Shown here piece by piece: positions 38,247 to 53,000 of a DNA stretch of 64,000 nt. The position numbers were made by a program, and so were the translations under genes. The stretch spans positions 3,658,001 through 3,722,000 of the forward strand of contig CM022672.1 of assembly GCA_012295275.1 (NCBI GenBank). Reading direction: 5' to 3'. Within the stretch, counting starts at the first letter, position 1. Each line of letters opens with the position of its first letter. This DNA is from Chrysomallon squamiferum. Taxonomy: Eukaryota; Animalia; Mollusca. A model generated the notes under the pieces. The model worked only from the letters and a program-made list of their open reading frames with translations. It was not told the DNA's origin and searched no databases.

Positions 38247-38480
38247 GACGTGTTATTGATTATTTGAAAAATACAATAAACACGAAGAGTTATAAAAAAA
38301 AAAAATTGTATGAGAATGACATTTTGCTGGCCTTGGGGTGAATCTATATATGTTTAAAGTATTAAGCATATATAAACATTTTGAATAAATAAAGATTAAG
38401 AAGATCATTATTCGGTGCATTTTAATGTGTATTTATTTAGGACCGAATAATTGCAAAGCGTGTAAATTGCCTGATTTATT
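37190..38480. repeat. Diverged local tandem duplication (two units, each headed by (CT)n)
   Basis: The block ctaacgaagaacattaagtttt...gagaatgacatttagctggccttgg...attaagaagatcattattcgg...tgtctgattta at ~37355-37716 recurs at ~38085-38478. Each copy is preceded by (CT)n plus gc(c/t)atgt(c/t)aaaaatgaaa (37262, 37832). Confidence 0.85.
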
Positions 38481-38983
38481 TATGTAACTACAATAGTTTC
38501 TTTTATGTTGCAACATGCATTAGTTTCAGAAATAATATACAATGCATCCTAAAGAAAGATGATTCTACAAATTTTAACGATCACGACCGTTATGCACTAA
38601 ATTCTGGTTATCCTGGTTGAAATCTTTTATTGCATTTGAAAGAAACGCCTCTTGTAGTTGGAGAGGCATTTCAAAAGGTGGCACAATAAAAGTCTGTACA
38701 AAATATACTATCATATTCTCGCAGAACAATGACAAAATAAAGGATAACACTGTTGCTTTTAAAGAATTTAACTCGTCGCCAAATATATTACATTTCATAC
38801 CGTGAATCTTGAAATCAGTAATAGTCTTTAACCAGTAATACAGTGCGTGTATATTGTGGTGTCTGACTCGACTTTTGGGGGGGTTTTTTTTTTTTTTTTT
38901 TTTGAAGCTATATCATGTATATGTAAGCTACACTTGAATTGTATTTAGAAGAATAAAAGAATAATTAACACCTTTCGTATGTA

Positions 38984-39022
<39 letters not shown>

Positions 39023-39778
39023 TGATATAGATATAGACACACAATACACGCGCGCACGAAAGTTAAATAATAGTTAAAAAGACAGAATTATTTGTATCAT
39101 TCATCTGTCGATATTGTTAGTCTATGCTTTCTAAAATAAAATAATAATAAAAATAAATAAACAAATAAATCAAAACAACAACAAAAATAAAAAAAAATAA
39201 TTAATTAATAAACAATAAATTAAAAAAGGAAATGAAAGAAAAAGAAAACGAAATATAACAAGAAAAAAAAAAAAAAAAGAAAAAAAAGAATATAATAATA
39301 ATAAAAAAAAAAAATAAAAAAATAAAAATAAAAACATCGAGATATATTCAGAGAAAATATTTTGTTAAATTTATTAACAAACTTCATTGGCTCCACAGAA
39401 CTTGGTGGTGTAAAACATAAGTATGCAACGAAGTAAATAACTAATTAAATAAATTATAATAATTGATCTCGAGTGATTTAATGCGGTATTCATTGTTGTT
39501 GATGGGAAAACATACAAAGGGCAGCTAAAGTGCTTGATCAGCTTTATTATTATTACTTTTAACTTTTTAAAATTTATTTATTTATTTATTTTAATTTAAC
39601 TGTTAATATTTTGTTTTTTTTATTTTAATAAAACGTCAGTCGTAAATCTTCCTCTACAGCTCTTGTTTTAGGTTATTGATAAAACCGGAAATGCATATGT
39701 TTTCTATCTTCTTTTCGAAAGAATTTCAAAACATGTGTCAAAATTTTATTTGGCAACCGCTCTGGAACATTTAACAAA

Positions 39779-42220
39779 ATGCATTCATCATTTTCGAGCG
39801 GTGAAGGAACAGTTTACGCGTTATTTACTCTCTTCTACATATTTTTTTCAGCATGTCTTGTGGCCCCGCCAACAGAATTCATTTCAGCTGGTTTGACAGT
39901 TCAAAATGTTCTCTCACAATATTTGGGCAGCGAAGAACTGAATTTTGTTTATTATCACATAAGAAGAACCACCGCAACAATGATATTTCATTCATTGTTA
40001 CCTCTTGGTATGAAATAAATCATTTATTATCAGCACTTAATTATGAAAGTGAAATTATATTAATATTATATATTTTTACCTTTCTTTCAGTTTCACAGTT
40101 AAAATTAAATATTATTCAATTAAATAAACCCTAATTTAATACATATTTTAAATAATTACAGAGTTGCTAATTTATATTTAAGTTTTAAATAAATAATACT
40201 TTAATATTACAACTTCATTTTTGTATGATGAATGAAATTATATTGTTGACAGGCAGCATTGGAAATTAAGCAATTTGGCATGTATATCAAGAGATACTTA
40301 TTGTTATTAATTGAAAAATATTAAATGCAAATGTAATAAGCCATTTATTATAAAAATAATTGTAAATCTTTTGCAATTTTACATTTTGATTTAAAACACA
40401 CATACACATAAACTAATAAACAATGTTTTCATTTGTTTTATTAGGTTATTACATAGGACTTGGACTATTTGCACCTGAATTAGGTCTTTTTTACCCATGG
40501 TCAGTTCATTTAGGCTGGCAAATCTTTATCGCAGTTTGTCTCTTTCTTCCAATATCTTTATCCCTGTTGGCTTTTTACTGGTCAAGGAATAAATGGAATA
40601 ATCATCCAATAGCACGCCAACTCTCTTACTTGACAACCAACGCATCGTCAAACTGGCGATCAATTGCATCATCGATTGATATTGAATTCCGCAGAGTTGA
40701 TAAGTTTACAACAGGTCATCATGGACGGAGATTGATAGTTACTGATTCCTGGATCATGAAGACGTCTGCTTATTTTGTGAACATTGCACACCAACAAGAT
40801 ATTCATTTGACTCTGTCAGGATCTGAAGAACATGAAATATCTTATGAGAATCTTACTCCAGCTCAGTTTTTGTACATCCATGTTGGTGTCGTTAATCCAA
40901 ATATAAAATCATTTAATGTCAGGCAAGTAATAATGTCTACTTTTCATGATTTTTTTTTCAGATGGAATTAATCATACAAATTAATCACAAATCAGTAAAA
41001 TGATCATGTAATAATCTATAAAGATTACAAAATGTTGTACAGATTCTTTTTTTTTTTTTTGAAAAGAAGAGAAGAAGGAAACTCAATAATTATTTGTTTG
41101 TTTAAAGATTACTTCCAACAATGTAAATTATTTATTATTAGTATTTATATTGGTAAATAAAAATAAATTGAGAGATAATAACAGATAATGACATATATTA
41201 TTAAATTAACAAATAGAGTACATATGATCTATTGGGGGAATATTCATGTACTGTGTTTACTATTAAATCTATCATTGCTTAATATTGCCTAAAGTTTGAG
41301 TGTGGCAAACATTTGTGAAACTCACTTGAAAATGTTCATAATGGTTAAACTTCTTTTGTAATATACCATAGGTATACCATAAGTAATGTTAACAAAAATG
41401 TGAACTTTTTCAGGTTAAATGCTGTAGAATTTGGAGATCTCAAAGAGAAACTTCAGTCTCCAGTTCGCAATGCTAGAAATATTGTCATCAGACAATCTCT
41501 GAGTGATCAGTTCTTGGAGGCATTCCGTGAACAAGTCAATCTGAATCCCCCCTTCACCCCTCCACCCACCATGGTAACTCTTTCACTATTATCAATATTA
41601 TTAAAATATAGCTAAAATACACTTTTCATAATTTCAAATGATTTTATATTTGATTTTATCACTTTTCATTGTGCACTTCTTATTTTATCATCATACCTAA
41701 TTATTAGCTTAAAATGTAGTCTACAGAACCAAAATAATCATTTGGAAGGATTAGGAATTTATGTTGGTATATTTGAAAAATTGTCTTCCTCTTGATCAAT
41801 ACAAAATTATCCATAGCATAATATCATTAGCTTCAGTCTTATTTATTATAATTTAAAACAAATGTATATATATTCATACTGGATAATAAAAATTCTTAAA
41901 ACATACTGATGTGTTGTCCAAAAAACCCCTGTTCATTAACAATTTTACTTTTTGAATTAACATTTCAGGAGGTTGAAAACTGCATTGGCTGCATGCAGAA
42001 AACAGCTGATGTGAAACTACACAAACTGTGTGACAATGTGGACAGCGGAGACTGCGTGCCGTGTTACTGTCGTCCCATGTGGTGTCTGGAGTGCATGGGG
42101 AAATGGTTTGCCAGTCGTCAGGATCAGAACCAGCCCGAGAGCTGGCTCAGCAGCAAGTCACCATGTCCAACATGCCGTGCCAAATTCTGTGTCCTCGATG
42201 TGTGTCACATTAAGCAGTGA
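39779..42220 (+). CDS. TMEM129: E3 ubiquitin ligase TMEM129 (ER membrane, C-terminal C4C4-type RING), ~372 aa, 4 exons
   Basis: Exons 39779-40007, 40445-40922, 41414-41573, 41969-42220 (1119 nt). Motifs PTEFISAGLTVQN.L..YLGSE..NFVYYHIRRT, HSLLPLGYY, W.NHPIA, EFRRVDKF, IVTDSWIMK, CIGC, CYCRPMWCLECMGKWFASRQD, CPTCRAKFCVLDV. Confidence 0.96.
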
Positions 42221-42520
42221 TAAAACCAACAAGCTGTGATCTTTCACATGAATTACCAACATCATTATTTCCAACATCATTATTTCAGATTAATTTAAGT
42301 GATAAAACCAACAAGCTGTGATCTTTCACATGAATTACCAGTATCATCATTTCAGATTAATTTAAGTGATAAAACCAACAAGCTGTAAATTTTCACATGA
42401 ATTACCAATATCATTATATTAGATTAATTAAGTGATAAAACCCAACCAGCTGTAAATTTTCACATGAATTACCAACATCATTATTTCAGATTATTTAAGT
42501 TATAAAAGCAACCAGCTGTA
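42211..42520 (+). repeat. ~67-bp minisatellite (about 4.3 copies) beginning at the TMEM129 stop codon
   Basis: Unit agtgataaaaccaacaagctgtgatctttcacatgaattaccaacatcattatttcagattaattta, with tgataaaa-like starts at 42218, 42300, 42367, 42433 and 42500. Confidence 0.9.
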
Positions 42521-44052
42521 TCTGAAAATACATGTTCCATGTGAAATACTGGTATCATCCATAACTATTGCCAATTAAGATTCCTTGACAATCTCTATTA
42601 TATGTACATGGAGTTTAGGTCACTTTCAACATCTTCCATATTGAAATGGTTAAATTAGTAGGAGGTAAGCATCATTTCACAAAAGGTGACCAGTTTGTGA
42701 ATAGTCTCATATTTCTCACAGTCAGTATCTGCAATGGTAATTTCAGAGAGGTGCTTTCAGTATTTATTATAAAAACAAAAGACCAAAACTTTATTTTCAC
42801 AAAACTATTCAAACTGGTGGTGGATGAAGAATTTCAAACCTCTGATATCATTGTACATACATTCAACATGTAGAGGTAATTTGGTTTAAGTTTTACATCT
42901 GCCACACTAGAACAGTTCATCTTTCATTAAGGATGGTGATGGAACAATTTTTACATCCGATTTAAACATGCTCAGTTCAGTTTTGTGTTTTACTGATAAA
43001 TAATTGTTGTCATGAATCAGCCATTGTTGAAAATAATTTGTACAACCATCATTTTCTGTGTGCTCGTTACCAGCCATGTTGAATAATCGTTCACACAGAT
43101 GAATATTCAGACGTATCATTCATAAACCCTTGTCAGGCTAAAATTGTAGAAATTATTTTTAATCTCCCTTTTTAATATAGAGATCCTCATCCCCTACAGC
43201 CACCCCCTCAGCAAAAGTCTTTCATTAATGGAAATTAACATATATAACAGGTCTTTGCAATGTACTGTACAGAATAGTGTACTATTTTTACTACTTAAAA
43301 CAGACCACTATAAGTAATGCATTAATGAAAAACGGATCATAACCGAGTTGAAATTTATGGGCTATAGTAGTAATGTTGAATTTATTTTGGAGAAAAAAAT
43401 TTCTAATAAATTCTCTTGCAATACTAGATAAAAATTTATTATGTGATATAAATCATATATATATATATATATATTTGTTTTTAGTTATTGTAATAAACAA
43501 ATTCTGTTTAATAAAAATTAATATTTTGAATTTATTACTATTGCTTTCTAATCATATTGTCTTATAATAATGCATTAACATTTTAATTCACGTGATCTGT
43601 AGATTAGTGATTAGAATACTTGTATGAAACACAAGGAAAGGATAGATTAATGCAGGTGCCAGCTATTCTTTCTGATTACTAGAAAAAGAGCTTTGATGAA
43701 CATTTCCTTTTGTGGAAATCACTTCTGTCCTTTGATTAAAAAAAGTTCTCGGGCACTAGATAGTATGGTAAATAAATTCATCTAAGATAAGGGTAACAGA
43801 GTATCCAACCAGGATAAAGAATCTGCTAATTAGCTATTGTCTGCTTTGGATCATCTATCATGATATATTAAATGTAAGTCAGCAACAAAGATATTCCTCA
43901 GAAATGTTTATAAAAATAAAACAAAATGGAGATTGGAATGATTTTTTCGTATGTTTAAAGAGACACTTATTAAAAATAAATTTCTCTTTTATTTAATGTT
44001 TATTATGTTTTACAAAATATTATACACATAATATTCTTAAGAAATGTTCTGA

Positions 44053-47000
44053 TCAGCTTTTCAACCGTTTCATCTTTTTGTAATCGCCTTCCTGCATGGC
44101 CAGACTGGCGTGAAGATCTTTCACTCTGCGTTTTCTGTCTGCATCTCTGAAAATCATAAATATTAGTCATTAAAACAGTTCAAAGAGATAATAAACCCTT
44201 TAACCAAGGAGAAGGTCAACTTTGTGTTTATTTTTTTCTCATTATGTTCTACAGAGAACAATAAATTATATTAAGCGGAAAATTTGAATTAATCAAATTA
44301 TCAGTTGTTTTTATTGTAATTGTTTTATATAGATATACACTAATATGTGCACGCCAAATTCTGTATGAAATAAAAGAAACATCAAACTTGTGTTTATAAA
44401 ATGTGCTTAAGAAATACATTTAGTTAAAAAGTTGTTTTTCTTTATTTTGAATGTACTTATACATGTTGTACATAACTGAAATACTCTTTGAATTATTTAT
44501 TAATTTTATTATTTATTTAATCTTTTTAAATCTATCAATGATCAATGATAATCATTTCTCAGGTTGTAATAATCACTGGTTAGTGATGTTTTTCAAAACT
44601 CACCTTATCATAGTCTCCTTCAGCTGCTCCTGGGCAAGAAACTGAGCATCCTTCCTGATTTCCCGAACAGCTCCTTTCATTTCTCTCTTGTGTTTGTGAA
44701 CCAGTCTCTGCTTCTCACTGGCTTTTCTGTTACTTCCTTTCTTCTTCCTTCCATCCCATCTGTAACAAAGTGTTTTAGCTTTAGTCATAAAACAGCATAA
44801 TTTCTGAATATATACCAATAATGTAATCCACATCAGTAATTTTGTTGTGAATGTACACTTGTTTAACTATGTAAAACCACAAACAATCTCATGTATTCGA
44901 TCTATCTATCTATATATCTCAACACATTGTCATGGAGAATTATTCATCCTTACATTTATAGAACTAACCTTATATGAAGTTGACAAAGCAATCCTTACTG
45001 AATATTGCCTCTTCTATTAGTAGTACTGTTTCATTTTTATTAGAATGTTAAAAAATTAAAAATAAATAAATGTATAATAATAATAAGGAAACAGAACAAC
45101 TCCAAAACTTACACTTCCTCAAACTTAGGTTCAAACATTTTCAGTGGTTGAGGTTTCTTTTTTTGAAGTACCAAACAACATTTTGGTTTCTGACTGGCTT
45201 CATTTATCTGTAGCAGCAGATCGCTTACTGCATTCTAAGGAGAAAAAAATAAAAATAAAAATAATAATAATAAATAATAATAATAATAAAATTAAAAAAA
45301 TTAAAAAAATTAAAATATGTGAATGTATTGCTCTTGGAGACAAATAATATGGTTTTGTTAATAAGAAAATATCAGAATTAAAAAAAAAAAATAATAATAA
45401 TAAAAAATACATATGTTTATCTCACCTGGAGAGGTTCTGGGTACAGGTGTTTAGGTAATTTTAAACACATTTCTTTTACAGGTAAAAATATTTCTGTGTA
45501 AGAATGAAGATCACAGTAAAGAGCAGAGAACTCTTGCAGCAGATGAACACAACTGTTTACAGCATTAACCCTAAAACAAAGGATATGAAAATTAAAAATA
45601 TTATTATTATTATTATGTGAATGAATGAACAGAACTTGTATCTCAGTTCATTTTATTATTAACAGTTATTTGTTATGATAGAACTGCTTACAGCATTCAG
45701 TGGTTTATTCATGTTTACTACCAAATAATCTTATAAGGATTTTCCCACAAACATTAAAACGTGCTCTGATCACAGCTAAATGGCTCTGGTTGGTAAGAAC
45801 ATGGTTATATTGCAATACCATTGACAAACATGCAGCTTCTAAATCAGCCTAAAATATATTTTAAAATACATCTTTTTTTTTTACCTAAAATTATCTGTAG
45901 ACAGCTCTTCCTGAACTGTCTCAGGACCCAACACTTTGACCACATTAAAGGCTTTAAGTTCACAGTTCCTGTAAAATAAATAAATAAATAAATAATAATT
46001 TAATCCCAATCTATATAACAAATTTAATTTGTATTATTTTTTTTAATTGAACTAATGAAGCAGATATTTTTATACATGGATAAAAAATATTTTAAGATAA
46101 CTAACAAATGTTTTTAAAAGTAGTTTTTTTCCTCTATTATATGGATTCAAGCTTACTTTGCTTCCTGAGATTCCACCACCAGCAAGTTCACTTCAGTTCC
46201 AACAGGTTTAAATGGAGGAACTAATTTTTCAACTGAAATTTAAATGTGAAACCAAACAATTTAACAATAAATATATTAAAATATACACATCTACATAAAA
46301 CAATATGTAAAAAAAAACCCACCTAATTATAATAATACACCTACTTTTGTTTGGTTCTTTTTCTGCTGAAAGAAACAGCACACCATGTAAGAAGTTGACA
46401 GCCTCAGGAAAATATCTTCTGGACAAACAGACATACTGAAATATACAGAGATAAACATTATTTATTATTTCACATGAATATCTTTCACAAATTAAATTAC
46501 AAAAACATATTTCTTAAACACCAAGCATCAGTTTCCTCAAGACAAGGTAAAACTATATTTTATATGTATCTGATTTGGCTGTCACTTGGAAAGACTTTAT
46601 AACTTGTACAATGTTTTTATTAAATATATGTTGTTGTTTTTTCTGTTAATATCTATAAATGATTCTGTTTCTTTGAAATAAAATAAAACTTTATGTGCTG
46701 TCCCAGGGTGCCTGTAATATTTTTACTCCTCAAATAATTCATACAAACCTGAGCTTCATCTATCAAGTACCCAAGATACATATGAATTATTATTTTGTGC
46801 CAAAAACAGACACATTTCAGTCATCAATTTATATATGTATATACTAGCATAATTAATTCCTGTAAATAGATCAGCGTATGTGTTTTCTCTCACCTGTAAA
46901 CAAAGTGTGCACAAAAACAGACCACTGGCCACATCTCGTTCCGTTTTCACTGGACACTGTAAAAACATTCAGGTAATTACACTGACCACTTGTTCTAAAA

Positions 47001-50000
47001 ATGTTACTGATGAATTACTTCTTAGTTATTATCCTGTTAATTCATTTAATTGTTCCCCCCATCACATAAAAAACAAATTAAAAAAGATGAGCTCACAAAA
47101 TATACAAAGAAAATATATAATCATACACACATACAGATATCATTAGATATCATATGGAAGTGTTTGTGTGTGTTAATATGATTATGGGTAATTATTCACT
47201 TCATTTGCTAGTGTACAGATATCTCAGTATTGCCATAAAGTGACATGATGGAATTGCTTTGAACATTACTGTTAATGTTCATATACAATAAAACTGAAGT
47301 TACTGGATATTAAAAAAAAATGTAAAAATAAATAAAAGAAGAAGGATTTATGTTAAAACAAAAAACAATGTCAGGTAAAACATACATACCTGTGCCAGCA
47401 GCTGACCAATAAGAATCATGGCAGGTGTTGTAACTGGGTGGTGGAAATCTGATGTGGGAAATAAAACTGACACAAGTTTCAGATAGAAAAACTGAGGAAA
47501 AAAGAAATAAAGGTTAAAAAAAAAAACTTTAAAATAAAAAACATCATGATAAAAATGATGATTATAATAAAATTGCTTGAATAATGTGAAAGAAGATAAT
47601 AAAATAGTTAAGGTGATAAAAACAACTATAACAGTTTATGTTCAAAAAAATATTTTAAAATTACATAGTTAAATCAGAAATATAATTTTATTTATCTGAA
47701 TTCTTATCTATGTAATTCAATGAACATTATATGGCATACTCATAATATTGCATCACTTTACTTTATGAATACAAACGTTTTTGACATTATAAAAATATTA
47801 CGTTTTTTTGACTGACTGAAGAATTTATACAATCATGCACAACAACCTCAAAATCATTCTTCACATAACAGTATTACATTTTTTTGCTCACATAAACAAA
47901 TCATAGAATCTTCTCACATTCATAAAACACATCAAAAACATTCTGTTAAAAAACTAAACAATTAAAGACAGTGTTTCGTTTAAAAATTAAAACCTCACCG
48001 TATCAAGATTAATTTTCAGTTGACGTCTGCTTCTTTCAGCTATTTCTGAAAACTCGGCTTGTCTGTTGACTATCTGGTTTTGCATTTCTTCTGCAGCTAG
48101 ATTTGGCATCTGCTGTGTCATTTCATACAGATGGACAGTCAGTTTGTCTATCAGTGGCATTTCTACTGACTCCTGAACAGACAGTTCACCAAAATACAGC
48201 ACTAACAGCTTGAATAACGTCTGCAGATGGAATAAACCAAGTAATGGCAGTGATCACTATAGCATATTAGTTATAATAATAATATTAATAACAATAACAT
48301 AAGTAACAGTTACAGGAGTGGTACTGATAATTTTGTATTAGTAGTAGCAGTAACAATAACAGCACTTGTAATAAATAAATAACAGTTGAAATGACTAGTA
48401 ATGACAATAATTAGAAACTGCAGTGGTAATAATAATGACAACTATATTAGTAGTAGTAGTATTGTGAGGGCAATGGTAGCTGTAACAGTTGTAGTAGTAG
48501 TAGTAGTAGTAGTAGTAGCAGCAGGACAGTAATGATAATGGGAATACGGAGTAACATAGTAAAGATTCTATAAATAAAAATGGATAGACTAATAAAACAA
48601 GAATAAAGAAGTAAGAACAAGATTACACACTTCCAACTTTTGTTTGTTTCCCTCTGCAAGACTTGGATGGTGACACGCCCGCACTCTGTGTATGACTGTC
48701 AACTTATCAGATGTCGAGTGTCCATCCAAAAGTTCTAACAGTTCTTCATAGCTTTCTGGTGCTGAAATGTTTTTTTTTATGAAACTTTAATTTAATCAAA
48801 ATTTTTGAAACTTATTATACAGATGAGTTGCTAACAGAGAAACCAACTGGTCCCTAGGGATCAATAAGCATCTGTGTTGAAGTGACAAAGATAAATAATT
48901 TATCGTTTCTCCTATCTTTTCACTCAATGTGCATTTAGGTTAAAACTCTTTACACTCTTATGGAATGGTTGAAAAGAAATGGAACACTGAAGGTGACGAC
49001 AGGACATCAAGGGAGATATGAATCTAAACATTTGGGGGCCTCTGCATTAGACTATTTTTCAAAGTAATTAAAAATGTAAAACAAAATATATCTTGTACAT
49101 ATATATGTACGTATGTAATATGTATGTATGTATCTAGATAAGGATATAAAAACTTATTCTTACCTTTAAATATATATGGTAATTCCTTCTTGGCAGCTTC
49201 AATCACTGCTTGTTTTGCCTACAAAGATTTGATAATTATTTCAAATATAAAAATCGTGTAGAAGGACTGAAAGGTATTAACTGAACGGTCTTTATTTTGG
49301 TTATAAAATTTTTTTGGTTTGTTAGAATATGCAACTGTCAGTTTTCAAAGTATATTATACCTATCTAACAAATACATTTTAACAAAGTAATTCAATTAAT
49401 TAGTTATTAACTGGAATATTATCAATAAAAACTCACTTTAATTTCTTCTTTGGTTTCAGGTGTCTTTTTCAAAGCAGATTTCAGCTGGCTTTTTTCATCA
49501 AAATCACTTTTGTGAGAAATGGTGGTATTTTCCTTAGAAACAGGAACATCGACACTTTTGTTAGAAATTGAGTCAGTTTTCATTTCTTCTTCCTCGTCAC
49601 TTTCTTCTGACATGATGTCAGCAAAACTGTCATCACTGTCACCGTCTTCATCATCTTCAACACTCTCTTTGTCATCATCTTCACCCTCCTGGTCATCATC
49701 ATCATCGGTCTCTCCTTCAACATCATCATCTGGTTCATTATCACATTTCACACCGTCATCATGTATGGAATTTGCATCATCATCGTTAGAATCTTTTACC
49801 ATTTTGCCATCATGAAATCTGACAGTTCTCTTGTTTTTGTCAGGGTTGTCAATAACGAATCTACAATGAAAAAAGTAATAACAAAATAAATAATGAATAA
49901 ATGAACAGAATTAAAATAATAAAAATAATAATTATGAAATAAGAGAGAAATAAATAAACATTGAAAAGATAATAACAATAATAAAATAAATATTAAATAT

Positions 50001-53000
50001 TAAAAAAAAAAAAATGAATTAAAACAATAAGTAAAGAACCAAGGATTAATTAAAAACGGATAGTAAAGAAAAAAAAAAAATTGATCAGCTATAAATTACA
50101 AAACTAAATCAAACATTTTTTCAAAAAATAAATGAAGTATTATATTATGAGATTTACCCATCATTAAGATCATCAGCAGAAACATGAGACTGTTTTTGTG
50201 TGTTTGACGATGTGGTTATACCTTTCATTCTCATTAATCTATCAGCCTGCAAACAAACAAACAATAATTAATTCTGATAAATGGAAGTAACTGTAGACAT
50301 TTAACCAGTAATTAATGTTACAAGTTGCAACTTGTCTTTTCAACATAATATAAAACTGAAATAAATTATCAAGATTCTGCAAAAATATTTCTGAACAAAA
50401 TGAAAAACAATGATGTCCTTGAAACAATAAAATGTAGCTGTGATGGTGAATGAATGACTGTTAATATTAACTGTTACTAGATTTGAACTGTACATTTAAC
50501 ATATGAAATAATGATATTATCCACAGTATGGATTAGTTTATATATTACACCAAATAAGAAAAGAAACTGATACCACGAGGTACTTACAACAAGAGAGAAT
50601 AGGTAAAATATATAATATGAAAAACTGTAATATAGTAATAAAATAAAAGAAAGTGAATTACTGAACAACAATTAACCAACCTCCAGTTTTTCTAATTTTT
50701 CTTTTTCTTCTTTGGCGAGTTCCTCAGGGGTCTTCAAACGATCTGTAGCCTATAATAAAAATAAAAAAAATATTTTAAATTTAAACAGCAAATGAAATAC
50801 ACTGTGTAATGGTAATTCACACAATTTTATATTAGTTTTGGTATCAAATATTTGATGGGTTTTATGTTTTGGTTATTACTGCATAATGAGACAACTGGTT
50901 CAAGAAACAAAATCTTCATTAACATATTCTAATTATTAGCATCAAGAGATTCTGATATTCCAAGAAACAATAAACCAGTTACAGTGCACTGGAGCAGGAT
51001 AACTCTGTGATCTATTGATCCTTTAGGCAAAAGCCAACTCCCTTAACAAAAATAACATTAATTATTTACCAATGTCTGGGTAAATTTTTACTGAAGTTTA
51101 AACATCCTAGATTTACAATGTAAACAGTACAAAGATACAGAAGATTTTTATTAGCATCTTAATTACTATTACTTACTTTGCCTTTCATCTCATATCTCAG
51201 TTCTCTGACTGTGATGTCATATTCATCTGCTGTCTTCTTTTTATTATCTAACTCCTCCCGACTAGATTTCTGTGTGAGGAAAAAAAGAATGTAACAAATA
51301 AAAGAAACATCTTAATGAGTGTAATATTACTATTTTAAATGTTTCTTAATCAAGACCTTTGAGAGAAACTGTAAGTATAAATATATGGTTATCAATCAAC
51401 CAGCTATTTTGATCATGTTTACATCTACTGAAGATTTAAGCATATCTATCTTGAGAAGACCTAAGAACCTTGAATAATCTTATTAAGTGCTGGTGATAAT
51501 ATTTCTTAGTTAAAGTGAAGACAAGTACAAAGTATTTCATTTCAACTATTAAATGTTGTTAATATCCCAGTGTTGGGATTTGAACGCTTTATCTAGCAAA
51601 CTGATTCTCCAGTTAAAGTGAAGGTTTATAAAACTTGTTACATCTCAACTATTTAACTATATTCACTTTTTCATAGAAAGGTAAGAACCGGCCACAGCTT
51701 TTTATTAAACAGTAAAATAACTAAACAAAATGGGAATACCTCAATAGATGATGCATCAGGGTATGATTTCATCATAACAGAACTTTACTTCTGAACACTA
51801 TAGTTATAACTGTACAAATAAATTCAACAGGACTATATTTATTAGCTACAGTAATATGAACTTAAGATTTAAGATATTTCTGGAATGGGAATAACATCTG
51901 CCCCTATAGGAACTGATCATGCTGATTATTAGATAATTCTTAGACAAAATTAACAGTTAAAAAGTGATAAATTCTCACAAAAGCTGTTATAAGCTGCATG
52001 ACATCTTTCCATTCCAAGTCAACTTTTTCTGTCAGCTCTATAGTTTCTTCTCTTTCTGTCTGTCGCTCATACTGAAAAATAAAAATAAAATATACAAACG
52101 TAAATTATTCTTTTTGTGTTTTTATTTCAGTTAACAAATGTGTACAATGCACATTTTCACACCTGTAAACAAATACAAAAATTAATAACTTAATAAATAA
52201 AAAAATAAAAAATTACAAAATAAATAAAAAACTAACAAAACAAACAACAAGCATATAAGTGTAAAACAAAAACAAAAAAAGAAAAAAATTAAATGAAATA
52301 AAAATAAAATAAAGATAAAATAAAGATAAACACTAGATGAGGGGTCTCAAACATATGTCACACAGACTAATTATACATGACTGGCAATCATCTGTTTGTT
52401 TGCCAGTAACACTGCTTTCATTGCCACAGGCTTGCCATATTCCACAAAATAAGCTCTAATATTCAATAAAATGTCTGATATATTACATTTATTTACGTTT
52501 ATGTAGTTCCTGAAAACTGTAACATCCATACCTCTCCACACCACACCTTTATCCTTGGCTTGTCGGTCCTCTTACTGAATACATAATGGCCCTTTTTCCC
52601 CCTTGGATTTGAGACCCCTGCCCTAGTTATTCATGCATCATATACTAATGAATGATAATATCCAGTGCAGCCGTTTACCAATAAATCTCATTATCATCTG
52701 AAATTACCTTTTCTTTTTTAGACTTTGCAATCATTTCCTCCATTCTTTCTTTCCACGTTTTCTTCTCTTCCTCATCATCTTTCCGTTTTAGGAAACCTCC
52801 AAAATGTTCCTCAGCAACAAGTGTTGCTAAAAAAAAAAAAAAAATGAGAGAGAATCAGCATACTACTATAATAATGGTTACTAGATGACAACTGTTCCTT
52901 TCAAATAATATAAAAATACAGGAAACTCAATATATTTCTTCTTAGTCATATTAGTCAGAATGAAATGTATCTTTCATAAGCCTTTCTATAAAAATATCAT

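Noticed and set aside
42211-42520. Regularly spaced repeats superficially like a CRISPR array (also 17400-17910 and 63700-63965)
   Set aside because: Whole units repeat with no unique spacers, there are no cas genes, and the context is eukaryotic. These are minisatellites.
42646-43119. Short ORFs between TMEM129 and NOP14
   Set aside because: No recognisable motifs or exon chain; most likely TMEM129 3' UTR.
51735-51780. Minus-strand ATGATGA…CTGA in a NOP14 intron, a possible C/D snoRNA
   Set aside because: The boxes are only ~10 nt apart, with no terminal D box, terminal stem or recognisable rRNA guide.
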